Origin: Octopus bimaculoides | Taxonomy: Eukaryota | Length of the DNA stretch: 64,000 nt | Direction of reading: 5' to 3' | Assembly (NCBI RefSeq): GCF_001194135.2 | Contig: NC_068984.1 | Location: 31,227,575-31,291,574 of the forward strand | Shown: piece by piece, positions 22,880-39,700 of the stretch | How the letters are laid out: each line of letters begins with the position of its first letter | Numbering within the stretch: the first letter of the stretch is position 1 | Notes under the pieces: generated by a model | Told to the model about the DNA's origin: nothing | Database searches by the model: none | Seen by the model: only the letters and a program-made list of their open reading frames with translations | Position numbers and translations under genes: made by a program

Positions 22880-23140
22880 ACAAAATTGAGATATGAGACA
22901 TCACGTCTGTGGGCAAGTGGTTAAAGTGTGTTGCAGGTTAATTTCATGCTAATTAGTGAAGTAGCCTTCCTTTGGACGTGTCCTTGCATAAATGTGTGTG
23001 TTCCAGAGTGTTAGTATTTTCTTTAGGTGTGTGTTGGGGGACTGAAGTATTTTGTGACATTCAAACAGAGGAAGGCCAGTCTTTGAGATAAGGCCTTCGA
23101 TATGTTAAAGATGTGAATTTACTAGGATAAAATGTCTGTG
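22880..23140 (-). mobile_element. Possible very old CR1/L2-like ORF2 C-terminal remnant
   Basis: Frameshifted fragments SLTYRR... and FNHLPTDVMS resemble the L..RR...WN.LP..VV end of CR1/L2 ORF2. The match is weak. Confidence 0.3.
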
Positions 23141-23951
23141 ATAGTAGGGTGTATCATGTGAAATAATTGTGAAGGTCCTGTCCACATCATCATTTTTCAA
23201 GTAAAAATAAAGTTGCAGAGTCTTCATAGGTTCAATTATTTTTTCTTTTATTGCATACATATTCGGCAAGACAATACAAAGTGTTGAATGTATTTACTTC
23301 AGAAAATAGTTTCAAGGTGAATTAAACAATGCTATGAACACAGGTGGGGATTTTAAGTATTTTACTTAATTCTACCTTTCTTGCACTATAGAATCATACA
23401 TATTTACAATTTAGTTAGAATCCAGCTCCTGTCCATTGCTATGCACATTCTTCAACAGGCATTTCTATGTATTCAACTAGCTTAATGAGAACGATATCTT
23501 GTTTTCTAAGGCACTAGAAATTTTAAATAATTACATAAAGTAGTTAATGTTATGATAGATGTGGATTGTCTACGACTGTTTGTAAGCATCTTATGTAATT
23601 GTGAAAGACAAAATAATTTCCATATATTATAAATGAAAATATCAGCATCAAGTTGTATGGTTTTAAATATGAGAATTCAAACACCATCAAAGAATAAAGT
23701 TTTTTTATTAAAAATGAAGAACACCATCAGCATCTCTGTTGCCATTATTGTTATCATTGTCGTTGTCATCATGACTGTCCTAAACTCTGTTTACATACAT
23801 ACACATGCACATACTAGCACAATCACAGATATATATACTTAAGATATATAACATATATGTATACATATCTACCTATATATATATCTATCTATTGACACAT
23901 ATACACAAAGAGAGGAGGAGGAAGGGAGAGAGAAGGAGAGAGAGAGAAGGA

Positions 23952-23983
<32 letters not shown>

Positions 23984-25139
23984 CCATAGCTTAGACTAAC
24001 GCCTCCCATAAAAATGTAATAGAGACTTGGCAAACTGCATCACAGCCTATCCATCCAGGAGGAAAGTGACTCTAAGTAAAATGTTATAAAAGGTGGAGAA
24101 TGTCTTTTCTTTTCTTCACCATAGACAACTTCTTTAGTGCCAGCACCAAGGGAAAATGCACTCAGTATACTCTATGGAATGGTTGCTGACAGGCAGGTGA
24201 TATCACACCCAAAATTACATTAACATTAAATGTTCAACTCTCTGCAGGCTGTATTGATGGTTAACCATCTAAGAAGGTATTGGTTCAAGGGTAGATTTTG
24301 ATAGAAGGTAGAGAGCTTCTTTACTTTTCCTTTCATATGTTAACTATTATTCTACTAATAGCATACAGAATCCATCTAGTACCCTTTATGAAATGACTGA
24401 TGAATGGAGGGGTATAAAGCCACCGAAATAAAATTAAATTAAATTTACAAGTGAAACATCCAATCTGCAAGGTGAATCACAGGTCAGTGCTCCACCCACA
24501 TACGAGTAACTTTGAATAGAGGAGACCCTTCAGTCTTTCTACATGACTCAACTTTAGTTCATAAATTTATAGCTATACATTTATATTCTAGTAATAACTG
24601 TCTTAAAAAGTACAAAATGTTTCAAAAGTGTGCAAAGAAAATGGAATTAGTATATAATTCTCTAATTAAGTTTTAACTAAATAGGCTTCATGAAATTAGT
24701 TCACAAGATTTCATTTTGAGAGATAACTATGATCGTAGGTTTAAAAAATTTTTGACCAACAAAAATATAATCTGTTCATAAAAGCAAAGTATAATCCTTA
24801 AGTTTTATTTTGCAGATATCATTCTATATCTCTTTAAATTACTTAATCTTACTTCTACAAATTCAGGCTTTTCTTTTTGTATATGGAAATAAATTCAATT
24901 ATGTTATTATCTTCAGCCTCTCACTGTCTCTTTCAAATTTCTTGCACTTTTTCAACTGTTCTCTATCTATATTGAGATTTAATTTCAAGTTGTTTTAGCA
25001 CTTGTATATATAAGCTAAGCAGAGAATGAAGAGTTTTGAAACCACCACCAACAACAGCAACAACATTAAAATAATAATCATAATAATAACCTTGTTCTTG
25101 TTGCTGAATCACTACCAGAATTAGGTAGGACATTTCAGG

Positions 25140-25960
25140 TATAGAAGCAAGGCCTGGAATCAAAGGGTCTTAGAGATAACTTAGTGAAGACCAAAGTCCT
25201 AATAAGTTGGAAAACAGACAAATTACAGATCTCTTTAGGGAGATGGCCCTGCTTGATATGTAGAAAATGTGCCAGGAGAAACTCCTTAAGATGTATCCAG
25301 TGCAAGTTATGGACACATAAAAGGTGCAGCAGTATCACTAGAAGACTAATAGAAAAAGTAGTCTTAACATGTGGCAGATGTGCAGGTACATTAAACACTA
25401 GGAATGTACAAAAATAGACTCCCTCAAATGTCAGGAGGTTCCTTATCAGTAGAAGACAGTTTCCGTTACTAAGGTGACCAAGTTAGCAGTGGTAGAGGTT
25501 GTTCCAAATGCTAAAATAAGGAAGAGCTGGGCAAAGTTCAGAGAGCTACTACCTTTATTAGTAACTAAGGGCCTCTCTCTCAGAGTGAACGGCAGATTGT
25601 TTGATGCTTGTGTATAGATAGCTATGCTACATGGCAGTGAGACATGGGCTGTAACTACTGATGACATGAGAAGGCTTGAAAGAAATGAAACCAGCATGCT
25701 CTGCAGGATAGGTAATGTCAGAGTGTAAGTGATGTGAAAGAAAAGCTAGGTATACAGGGCATCAGGTGTAGTGTGCAAGAGAGACGAATGTCTATGGATG
25801 AAGACAGTTGCATCAAGAAGTGCTGCACTCTAATTGTGAAAGGGGTAGACCCAGAAAGACTTAGGATGAAGAGGTGGGAATAGATCTACACATGTTGGGC
25901 CTCAGAGAGGGGACGACCGGGGCCCAAAGCTTCTGATAGTTTGTTGCACTTGAGAAGACA
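25140..25960 (+). mobile_element. RTE-clade LINE ORF remnant with a Cys-rich (PHD-like) insertion
   Basis: LESKGLR..KTKVL...RWPCLICRK...RCIQCKLWTHKRCS...CGRC, then SFRY*GDQVSSG and, in the adjacent frame, WAKFRELLPLLVTKGLSLRVNGRLFDACV..AMLHGSETWAVTTDDMRRLERNE. Frameshifted. Confidence 0.9.
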
Positions 25961-26200
25961 TGTCATGTTAACTAAGATTGTGGTTGTCTTTGCATACAGG
26001 CATGTCCCCTGCATCCCTCTTCAGCTGATCAATCCTAATCTTGCAGACTTACCGGTGCTGGAGAGATGTAAGAAGCATCCTCGCCAATACCATGTAAGAG
26101 TACCAGTGCCAATGCTACATAAGAGCACCTACGCCAGTGCTGTGTAGAAGCACCCAGTATGTTCTGTGAAGTAGTTGGCATTAGGAAGGGCATTCAACCA
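25960..26200 (+). mobile_element. RTE/SINE 3' UTR segment with short internal tandem repeats
   Basis: ...AAGCACCCAGTATGTTCTGTGAAGTAGTTGGCATTAGGAAGGGCATT is the reverse complement of the body at 21470-21610. Confidence 0.6.
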
Positions 26201-26745
26201 TGGTGTGGGGAGGTCTGGTCAATTACATTGACCCAGTACTCAAGTGGTACTTATTTCATCAATACAAATCAACCCTGGCAGACTTGAACTCGGAACCACA
26301 GTCTGGAAAGCTGCCAAATGACGTGTGCCATTTGATGCCACAATTGAATTTCAGTCTGTCAGCAATTACTCTTGACACTTTTGTCCTCCTTTTGTCAAAG
26401 GTGTAATAAATAAATGTTGTAAACCCTGGAAATGGGATGTGCTGTTGCCCAGAGCTAGCTGAGACCAGAACTCATAATGGCTAAATTTGAAACTCGCTGA
26501 AATAGTTAAAACATTACTTACTACCTACAGATCATACTCTATTCATATTTTAAAATTTGTCCATGATAATCTACTTCTGTCTTAATCAGGAATGGAATGG
26601 TCATGTTGCAAATGAGGTTAAACAATGATGTTTTATATTATGCTAATGATGAAAGTCATTATAATTAAGTTATTTTATAGTAGAAAGGGTAGAAAATTTA
26701 TCTAGATACCATCATTTATTTCATTGTGCTATTTTACATTCTAAA

Positions 26746-27100
26746 TGATGATTTCACTAGCATTGGTCAAATAAGTACTGGTACTGTTTTGTCAATGATT
26801 TGAATCTGAAGAAAATGAGCTCATGGCATTCCCTGGACCTTCTATTCAATGTGCTCTACTGATCCTTTTAAGTTTGTGTATTCATACAAATGTAACTAGC
26901 TATAACACAATGTCCCTTACTTTCTGATGATTTCACTAGCATTGGTCAAATAAGTACTAATACTTTTTTGTCAATGCTTTGAGTCTAAAGAAAGAATTTG
27001 AACTCATGGCCTTCTCTGGACTTTTTACTCAATGAGCTCCACTGGTCCTTTTAAGTTTGTGTATTCACACCAATGTAGCTCAACGTCCCTTACTTTCTGA
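26746..27100. repeat. Two-copy tandem duplication, unit about 179 bp
   Basis: TGATGATTTCACTAGCATTGGTCAAATAAGTACT starts at 26746 and 26925. The copies are moderately diverged. Confidence 0.85.
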
Positions 27101-27979
27101 GTTTGATTTCAAGCAAGGTTGACATTCCCATTCATCTTCAGATTCGATGTAAAACTGTGCAGCATTGATCCTATGTTAGAAATTATAATTATCATTTCAA
27201 AACCTTAATGGATACTATCATTGAAAGAATAGTTGACAATATACCATGTGATATTTATTCTAACTTCAGATACCAGAAATGTTAGCTTTGCATATGAATC
27301 TTCTAGAGTCAATAAAATTTGTACAAGCCATACAAAGGGCTTAGAAAAATTGACTGTATCTTATCCAAAGTTGTAATCATGTGCATATGTCTTTAAAGAT
27401 CGTTATTACTATTGGATTAGCAGAATCTTTAGGTGTTTAGACTAAATATTAGCAATATTTATTCTAGCTGTTTATATTCTCCCTTTTAGATCCCAGTGAG
27501 GCCAACTTTATTTATGATCCTGCCAGATCAATAAATAAAGTTCTGATTGACTAACCCTGTTTGGTGCCAAAATTTCTGATCTTGTGCCTATGTAGTGAAT
27601 CAAAAAAGAGCAGCGGATTGCTAGAATTATAAGATAAATGTACATAATAGACAATTAGCATGCAAAATGTAATTATAGAGGCACCAGACAAATTGCAGTT
27701 AAATACAGAATCGCTCATTTCCCATGAAGTAAAGTGATATCATGAACACCAAGGAGGACTAAAGTTCTAAATGTATTTGAGAAAAAAATGGATTTAAAGG
27801 AATTTTAATCACGCTCTAACAGTGCTTCACACTGTTTCTGTTAAATTGAAAATTGTAGAGTTTTTCATCTTTTTAAATAGCATAGTGAAACATGAAAGTT
27901 AGCAAAACTTCACAAAATGTATTAAAGTCATGTCTTTTACTACTATACACTTTAAATAAATTCTTTCCTGATATATATG

Positions 27980-28013
<34 letters not shown>

Positions 28014-28133
28014 TATATACCATATGTATGTAAACATATCTCATTGTCTTCGTTGTTTTGGCAGACAGAAACTGAACAAAATCCTCATTCATGTTTACAC
28101 ACAGACAGACACAAACACATGGATATACATATA

Positions 28134-28295
28134 GGTACAGGTGTGGCTATGTGATAAGAAGCTTGCTTCCCAACAACAAGGTTCCGGGTTCAGTCCCACT
28201 ATGTGGCATCTTAGGCAAGTGCCTTCTACTACAGCTTTGGGCTGATCAAAGCCTCGTGAGTGGATTTGGTAGACAGAAACCAAAAGAAGCCCATC

Positions 28296-28351
<56 letters not shown>

Positions 28352-28560
28352 ATATTTAGGTGTTTGTGTCTGTGTTTGTCCTCCCACCATTGCTTGACAA
28401 CTGATGTAGGTGTTATGTCCCTGTAACTTAGCAGTTCGGCAAAATATTCCAATAGAATAAGTACTAGACTTACAAAGAACAAGTTTTGGGGTTGATTTGT
28501 TCAACCTAAAGGGATGTTGACCACAGTCAAATTACTGAATCAAATAAAATAATGAAAGAA
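28134..28560 (+). mobile_element. Full-length tRNA-derived SINE with expanded internal (TA)n
   Basis: A-box-like TGGCTATGTGA, B-box-like GGGTTCAGTCC, a complete 5' and 3' body, and an A-rich tail. Confidence 0.9.
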
Positions 28561-29699
28561 TATATATATATATATATGTATATATACACACACACACACA
28601 CAAATATTTAAAATATGTGTGTGTATGTATGTATTTGTGTGTGTTTGTTCTGTAACTTTTATAACCTATTTTCAGAAAATTTTTTGTGATTCTGGAAAAA
28701 ATTTCGAGTTTTTAAATGTCAATAGTTTCATTTCTTTTTTTTTTTTTTGCCAGTTTTTGCCCTCCCAATTTTGTAGCTCACAAACAATGATAACTTCTCA
28801 TTTTTGAAAAGCTTCTCCGATTCCTTTAGAAATATATTCTTTACGCATAGAGATTTCAATCCTTCAAGAAGAAATCAACCTTGCAAGTGAATGTTAGCTG
28901 GAAACTGGGGCAGTGAGCAGAAGCAGCATCACACTGATGCTGGAATAAGTAGGATCTATTGAGCTGAAAGTCATGATAAAAGGGTCCGTTATTAGCCATT
29001 ACTGGTGCCCGACCAACTGGAGTACAATGTGATGTAGGGTGGAAACACCAGCTGAATGTATCCTGTCCTGGTCATACATTATAGCTATAAGTGTGAGACT
29101 AAGTCTGCCAACATCATTAGTAAATGTATTCGTATGTTTGTTTATATATGTAGCTGTATAACTGCAAATGTTCATGTATGTTCTTTATTTTACACTTACC
29201 ATCATGTTGACACTCTTTTCTACCACTGCTGCTGCTGCTGCTGTTGATGATGATGATGATGAGGAGGAGGAGGATGATGGGAATGATGATGACAATGGTA
29301 GCACATTAAAAGAAGAACAACAACATCAACAATGATAACAACAAAAATATAACTTGCTGAATTAACATACGCATTTTCTTGAACTTGTAAAATGGCTTTT
29401 ACACATCACCAAAATTTCTTTATGGGCAAAATCAATTTCAAATATAACAATGGAAAGATCAAAGTTAGATATAAAGCATAATTTTCTAGAAAAAACAGTT
29501 AAATGCCGGAATGAAATTAAAGCTTTTTGGGAGAGAGGTGAGTGAAATTTAGAAATGTAAAAACAAAGACGAATGGAAAATCAAATATATTCATTCTTTA
29601 GCTGAATAAATTGGCTTCAGATTAAAATATAAAATAGAAAGAAGACATACTTTGACATAAGTGTGTGCAAATTTGAAAAATATTCTAAAATATGATACA

Positions 29700-33136
<3,437 letters not shown>

Positions 33137-33839
33137 TGAGCAATTATTAGCATTTGTTTTCTTTAGTGGTTGTTGTTCTTATTATATACTCATGCATGTA
33201 TGTTATTGCCATCAACATCTTTACCAATTTCGTTTCTGCTTTCCATGCCATTATGTGTTGATCATGTCTTTATTGAGTGAATTATTGCTTATGTGAATTT
33301 ACTGCCTTTGTGGATAGCTTAGCATGCAAATCAGTCTCATATCTACCATTTTTCTTTTGGTATTTTGTGTATGGGTTGATGCCCTTCCTAATACCAAATC
33401 TTTATAGTCTGTATTATATACAACTTATCTTGAAAAATAGAACTAGGAAGTTTACTTTTTCTACCAGCAACACTAAAACATATTCTCTTTTCTATGATGC
33501 CATTATTCATTCAAGCCAACATGACTGAGATTAAATAGATGAGTGGATGATGAAGGAGAGTGAAAGCAGGATGAAGAAAATGTAATAAAAGAGATTTATA
33601 ATAGAAGCAACAGACAGATAGGGCATGTGAGTTATAGAAGAAGTGATGAAATAAATATAGTGATAGGAAGGTACATGCTGGTTGGCAATAATGAAATTGA
33701 CCAGAAAGCAACTCTGGCAGCATGGCTGCAGAAAATTGTTTGATAGGAGAGAGCTTCAGTGATAGAAGAAGGTGTAACAGGAGAGTGAGAGTTATGGTTG
33801 TCAACACTAAGTCATGGAGGGGTACACTTTTAACTTTCA

Positions 33840-34060
33840 TTTGATTCAGTCATTAGGCTGCAGCCATCCTGGAGCACAGTCTTGAAAAATATTAGTTAAA
33901 CGCATCGATCACAGGGATAATTTTTGAGCATGTTACTTACACTATCAGTCACTTTTGCTGAACTGCTAAGTTACAGTGATGTAAACACAACAACACTGGT
34001 TGTCAAGCAGTGGTGGATGACAAACACAGATACAAAGACACACATACACACACACACCAT
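33840..34060 (-). mobile_element. SINE 3' half
   Basis: TTTTGCTGAACTGCTAAGTTACAGTGATGTAAACAC...GGTTGTCAAGCAGTGGTGG is the reverse complement of the 28380-28540 body. Confidence 0.8.
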
Positions 34061-36954
34061 TTCTTATGAATACCACAGGGAGCTAGGTCTTTGAAGACTA
34101 TGAACATGAAATTGTTTGTATTCAATTATTCTTTGAAATAATGATCTTTCTTTATGGAGCTAAACTGGCTTTCTTTACTCTGGCTTACAATCCCAAAATA
34201 TGTCCCCCAGATAACAAGTTATCAACTTCATGAAAGTCTTGGAAGCTTTTAAACGAGCTTATTTCATGTATACTATGATTGTTGGATACTGCAGCACATC
34301 TATGTCAGACGACTTATTATCCCACAGCATCACTTGTGTGACTGTAGTTTATATAGAGTACTCTCTCTGTCTCTCTCCCCATATATATATATATGTATAT
34401 ATATATANNNNNNNNNNNNNNNNNNNNNNNNNNNNNNNNNNNNNNNNNNNNNNNNNNNNNNNNNNNNNNNNNNNNNNNNNNNNNNNNNNNNNNNNNNNNN
34501 NNNNNNNNNNNNNNNNNNNNNNNNNNNNNNNNNNNNNNNNNNNNNNNNNNNNNNNNNNNNNNNNNNNNNNNNNNNNNNNNNNNNNNNNNNNNNNNNNNNN
34601 NNNNNNNNNNNNNNNNNNNNNNNNNNNNNNNNNNNNNNNNNNNNNNNNNNNNNNNNNNNNNNNNNNNNNNNNNNNNNNNNNNNNNNNNNNNNNNNNNNNN
34701 NNNNNNNNNNNNNNNNNNNNNNNNNNNNNNNNNNNNNNNNNNNNNNNNNNNNNNNNNNNNNNNNNNNNNNNNNNNNNNNNNNNATTTCTTTTATAGTAAT
34801 TCATCAACAAATTTAACTATGGCAACTAAGAATACATAGAACAGTTGCATTTTGAGAAATATTTATTTATCTATATTTATAATTAAGTTAACTTTCAGAC
34901 GTCAAGGTATTTTTATTTATTTCATAAGTAATATTTTAAATGAATGATAATGCCTGACTTTCATGTGAACAATGTTTTAAAATATTTATTAGAAAATCTA
35001 ATAATTAAAAAAAAATAAAAGAAGCAGTAAACAAAATCATTGCACATTGTTTTAGTTTTGATATTCTTTGACAATTATAGTTTATAGAATTACCATCACA
35101 TTTCTAGTTTGATAATCTCATAAAAAAAATTGTCTCAAGAATTGCTAAATGAGGAAAATTATGTTATGTTTTATTATTTTATCTATTTGAAGTGCATTAA
35201 AAGTATGTTATGGTCATCGACATCTTAACAATACAATGGACACTGTGGTCAGGCAATGGAATGTGACCCCTACATACACATCCACTGCATACATAAATTA
35301 GAATTAGATACCTAGATTTGTAGGGTCCTGAAACAGCTGCCCAGTGAGCCTTTGCTTCAAGATAGCACTGATAATGGTTCTGTATTATCAATCATTCTCA
35401 TGTTACAGCTAATCAATTTGTTATGATTCTTTAACTTCAGATTAACCTGTCAACATCCTGTTATATTAGAGATATGTATGACATTATCACCTATACCCAT
35501 TCTTTTCAAACGGTATCAGATTGGGATTTGAAATAGTTTTGGTTGCTATTTCTAGCAGTTTGAACCTTGGTACAGAGGTACTCAAACTGGGTCACCCACT
35601 CATCATAAGTGCTTCTATGCAAAATAGACAGTATTTTGTTGCCACTTGCTTTGTTAGAAAAAATTCCTCTTTTTCTTTTTATTTGCTTAGTTTTTGGAGG
35701 CATAGGAAATATGAAGTTGGAAGAAAAAGTAATTGCTCCATTAATATGATACTATACAAGATATACTAGAACAATTCTAGTTATTACATCTAACTGAAAT
35801 GTATCTAATCAAGAGGGAAAATAGCAAGCGAATTGATTAAAATTCATCACCATCATCATCGAAAACATCATGATCATGATCATCACCAACAACAACAACG
35901 ACAACAACCACCACCACCACCATCATCACTGTCGTCGTTGTCATCATCTTTCCTTTCAAGATGTAAGCCAGCTTTTCTTTTCAGAGGAGATGAACAGTCA
36001 GATCTTACTTATATATTACACTTTTGGCTTGGTTTCTATGATTGAACACTGTCCAGTATTTGCCCACTTTACAGAGTGTACTCTATGCATGTTATTGTGG
36101 CACCAGCACTAGAGATTTTTCCATGTTCTTGTAAAGACTAATGNNNNNNNNNNNNNNNNNNNNNNNNNNNNNNNNNNNNNNNNNNNNNNNNNNNNNNNNN
36201 NNNNNNNNNNNNNTTGGCTTGGTTTCTATGATTGAACACTGTCCAGTATTTGCCCACTTTACAGAGTGTACTCTATGCATTTTATTGTGGCACCAGCACT
36301 AGAGATTTTTCCATGTTCTTGTAAAGACTAATGAGACCTCTTGAACCTACATTATGACCACATACTAATAATATTGCAGGGTATTCCTCATATCACCTGC
36401 ACAAGAAAGTCTGTCATGTCATATGCTCGATCATATTAAAAGGGCATTGTAGCCCTTAGTTTCTTCTGCCCATTTGCCAATCCTTTTGCACTGGGTGCAT
36501 TTCGTCATAGTATCAGCACTGGTGTGGATGCTTTTCATTCGGAAAGTTTAGTGAGTTCTAACTAATCTATGATGAGTTTCTTCTTCCAAGTTATAGTGTC
36601 CAAGAACATGAATGCAAGAGAGAAGGATGACAGGAGAAGAATTAGCATGAACAAGTGAAGGTTCCAAGTGTATGATGTTAAAAACAGCAGCAGAGGAGGA
36701 GTGTAGATGTGAGGTGTAATAGAGATGGAGGTGGTAAGAATAAATGATAAAGAAACGAGTGATGAAGAGATGAATGATAGGGAGTCAGGTGATAGTAAGA
36801 TGAGAGAATATCAAAGATGGAGGAGGCAGCAGATATACACTTGACATGGACATACTGGGTGAGAGACCCACATGTGCACACACACACATACACATACATA
36901 TATACACATGTATACACATACGTGCATGTCCACACACATCTGTGTTGGCCTCTG

Positions 36955-37120
36955 TGTTGGCCCCTTGTGGGCAATAAAAATATCACACATCAATGTAATC
37001 CCTGACATGAGACTCAGGTGAGGGTTTTCAACAGGAAGAGCATACAGATATAAAAGAATGCCTCAATAATATACTCATCTAACTTATGCTACCATGGAAA
37101 AATGGACGTAAAATTAATAA
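36955..37120 (+). mobile_element. Decayed SINE with RTE-type tail
   Basis: TTGGCCCCTTGTGGGCAATAAA...ACTTATGCTACCATGGAAAAATGGACGTAAAA. Confidence 0.55.
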
Positions 37121-37404
37121 GCAAATAAACATATATGTGCATGTATGTGTGTATCTATGTATACACACACATACACATGCATATACGGGTGAGTGTTGAA
37201 AAGTTCCTGGTTATAAGGATATCACGAAAGACCTAGCTGGAGGCTCAAATTTCCAAGTTCTTTTAATGGGAATAGAAAAACTGAAGGACTACTGCAATAA
37301 GCATATAAATCTGGGGTGGGGGGAACATGTTGAATAAAATCATAATTAACTGATCTTCCAGTATTTTCTTTTACCCAAAGCCAAAGAAATTTTTAGCATC
37401 CCTT

Positions 37405-37436
<32 letters not shown>

Positions 37437-37456
37437 CATATATATATATATATATA

Positions 37457-38015
37457 NNNNNNNNNNNNNNNNNNNNNNNNNNNNNNNNNNNNNNNNNNNN
37501 NNNNNNNNNNNNNNNNNNNNNNNNNNNNNNNNNNNNNNNNNNNNNNNNNNNNNNNNNNNNNNNNNNNNNNNNNNNNNNNNNNNNNNNNNNNNNNNNNNNN
37601 NNNNNNNNNNNNNNNNNNNNNNNNNNNNNNNNNNNNNNNNNNNNNNNNNNNNNNNNNNNNNNNNNNNNNNNNNNNNNNNNNNNNNNNNNNNNNNNNNNNN
37701 NNNNNNNNNNNNNNNNNNNNNNNNNNNNNNNNNNNNNNNNNNNNNNNNNNNNNNNNNNNNNNNNNNNNNNNNNNNNNNNNNNNNNNNNNNNNNNNNNNNN
37801 NNNNNNNNNNNNNNNNNNNNNNNNNNNNNNNNNNNNNNNNNNNNNNNNNNNNNNNNNNNNNNNNNNNNNNNNNNNNNNNNNNNNNNNNNNNNNNNNNNNN
37901 NNNNNNNNNNNNNNNNNNNNNNNNNNNNNNNNNNNNNNNNNNNNNNNNNNNNNNNNNNNNNNNNNNNNNNNNNNNNNNNNNNNNNNNNNNNNNNNNNNNN
38001 NNNNNNNNNNNNNNT
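37457..38015. other. Assembly gap (N run)
   Basis: N characters. Other gaps lie at about 615-624, 15309-15318, 22166-22372, 29759-29768, 34408-34783, 36144-36213, 52715-52724 and 63305-63355; most abut (TA)n tracts. Confidence 0.97.
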
Positions 38016-38147
38016 GGACTTTTGTGATTTGAACACTGATTTTTTACTCTTTGCAGGGTAAAAAATATTATTTTTGTCAATAATTTTGGCAAAAATTATT
38101 TTTTGTCAAAAAAATTTTTTCAATTCCTTTCGAAGGAAAATTACATT

Positions 38148-39280
38148 ATGGAATTCAATGTAATGTCGAAGGAAGATTTGCCAGAGATGGAGAAGGTACC
38201 AAACAAAGAAACCAATAATGCAAAACAAGTGTTTAAGAAAAAAACCCAGTTTTACGGCCACTGTAGGTAAGAATATGATAATGGCTGAATTGTTTAGGTA
38301 CAGAAATCTTGTAAAAAAGAATGGAAATGATACGAGGTTGCTCCCTCTGTGGAAATTGTACATAACGTAGCTGCAAGAACAGTGGTATATAAAACGTACA
38401 GCCTAAACGGAAAAAGAATAGTATATTGTAAAAGTGAAATAATTGAAAGGTGTCTGGCACCTATTTGGAATAAAATTGTATACGTTGGACGTGGTAGAAG
38501 GAATGCCATGGTAGATGCACAGTTTGCTAATGAGAATGTGGCGAAAGAGTTATCAACAAGAACACTAAAAAATTGAGGAAATAATTTTACTACCAACGTA
38601 TTTGGGTAGAAGAACAGCATAAGTTTCTGTAGAAGTAATACCAGCAGGATATGACATAATTTGGATAGCAGCAGCCATAACTTATGATATGGAGGAAAAA
38701 ATGTCTATTTTACAGATGAAGAAGAAAGAGGCCGAGAATTGGAAAGGGGAAACCCTTAACGTCGTGGTCCAAGCCACTCTAGAAGTATTAGAAGGGCTGC
38801 CCGGCAGGTACTTATAGGGGAGAGCTGAGTGTGAGAATTGCAGTAGAGGGGCATAGGCCACGCTGCTTTAAGTGCGGCCAAAAATGCCACATCCACTCTG
38901 AATGCAAGCCTAAAGAAAAAAAGAGTGAAATCCCTCCCCCAAAAGAGCCGTTAAAGACAGGAGAAAAAGAGAAACAAGAACTGAAAAGACAAGCAAAGAC
39001 ATAAGGAAAGATGCAAAAAGGTATGCAAGAAAAACACAAGGAAAACACAAGAAAAAAAAAGAAAAAGCACAAGGTAAAACAAGAAAAAACACAAGATACA
39101 ACTCAAAACACAGAGGAAGAAATGGAATTTACCATGGTTAAAACCCAAAAGAGGAAAAAGGCCCAAGCCCCAGACTTTCTTCCCCATACAAAGAAAACAA
39201 ATAAGCCAATGACAGACACGCATGAAACAACTCCTCACACCATCCCCTTGTTAAAACCCATTACCATGGCTAAAAATTAA
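38148..39280 (+). mobile_element. Second, older ORF1/gag-like zinc-knuckle pseudogene; no RT follows
   Basis: Multi-frame translation gives ...VSVEVIPAGYDIIWIAAAI...ILQMKKKEAENWKGETLNVVV...IAVEGHRPR-CFKCGQKCHIHSEC-KP, then a K/E/Q-rich tail. It aligns by eye with 221-1113. Confidence 0.65.
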
Positions 39281-39459
39281 ACTTTACCATTTAGCTATGC
39301 ATGCATCTGTATATACAGACTAATTTAATGCTGAATTATAATTTTATTGAGCTTCATAACATGTGTAAAACATTGAAATGTCTTGCCATTTTGTGTAGAA
39401 ATGTAAAAATGCAAATGGATGAAAATTTAAATTCTTTTGTTGTGAATATTGATTTCTTT

Positions 39460-39700
39460 TGCTTATACAAAAGAACCACTAATGTTATAACACTCCAGAG
39501 AACAGTCCAGAAAGAACTAATGACAATGCTGGGAACAAGAAGGTTAAGTTAGCTGGGTCATATATTGAGAATGAGTGATAGGAGGTTACCAAAAGAGGTG
39601 CTTGATTGAAAACTTCATGGTGACAAATGAGCTGTGGGATCGTCTAAGCTGACATGGCAAAGACGTAAAAAAAAATTATGTGAAATGAAACAAAAAGGTC
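39460..39700 (+). mobile_element. RTE-type LINE C-terminal remnant
   Basis: RRLS*LGHILRMSDRRLPKEVLD*KLHGDK*AVGSSKLTW resembles RLRWLGHV.RM...RLPK..L.W...G.R..GRP..TW. Confidence 0.7.

Noticed and set aside
26050-26170. Short spaced repeats resembling a CRISPR-like array
   Set aside because: These are irregular, degenerate tandem repeats inside a retroposon 3' UTR in a eukaryotic context, with no constant repeat or spacer length.
28859-29071. 71-codon stop-free minus-strand frame in slightly GC-richer DNA
   Set aside because: This length is expected by chance in a 64-kb six-frame search. There is no recognisable domain or convincing splice-site pair.
36024-36333. 120-bp direct repeat
   Set aside because: The copies flank a 70-N gap and differ by one base, so this is most likely a haplotype or contig overlap artefact.
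34230-38092. Long ORFs containing X runs
   Set aside because: Artefacts of N gaps being read as open codons.
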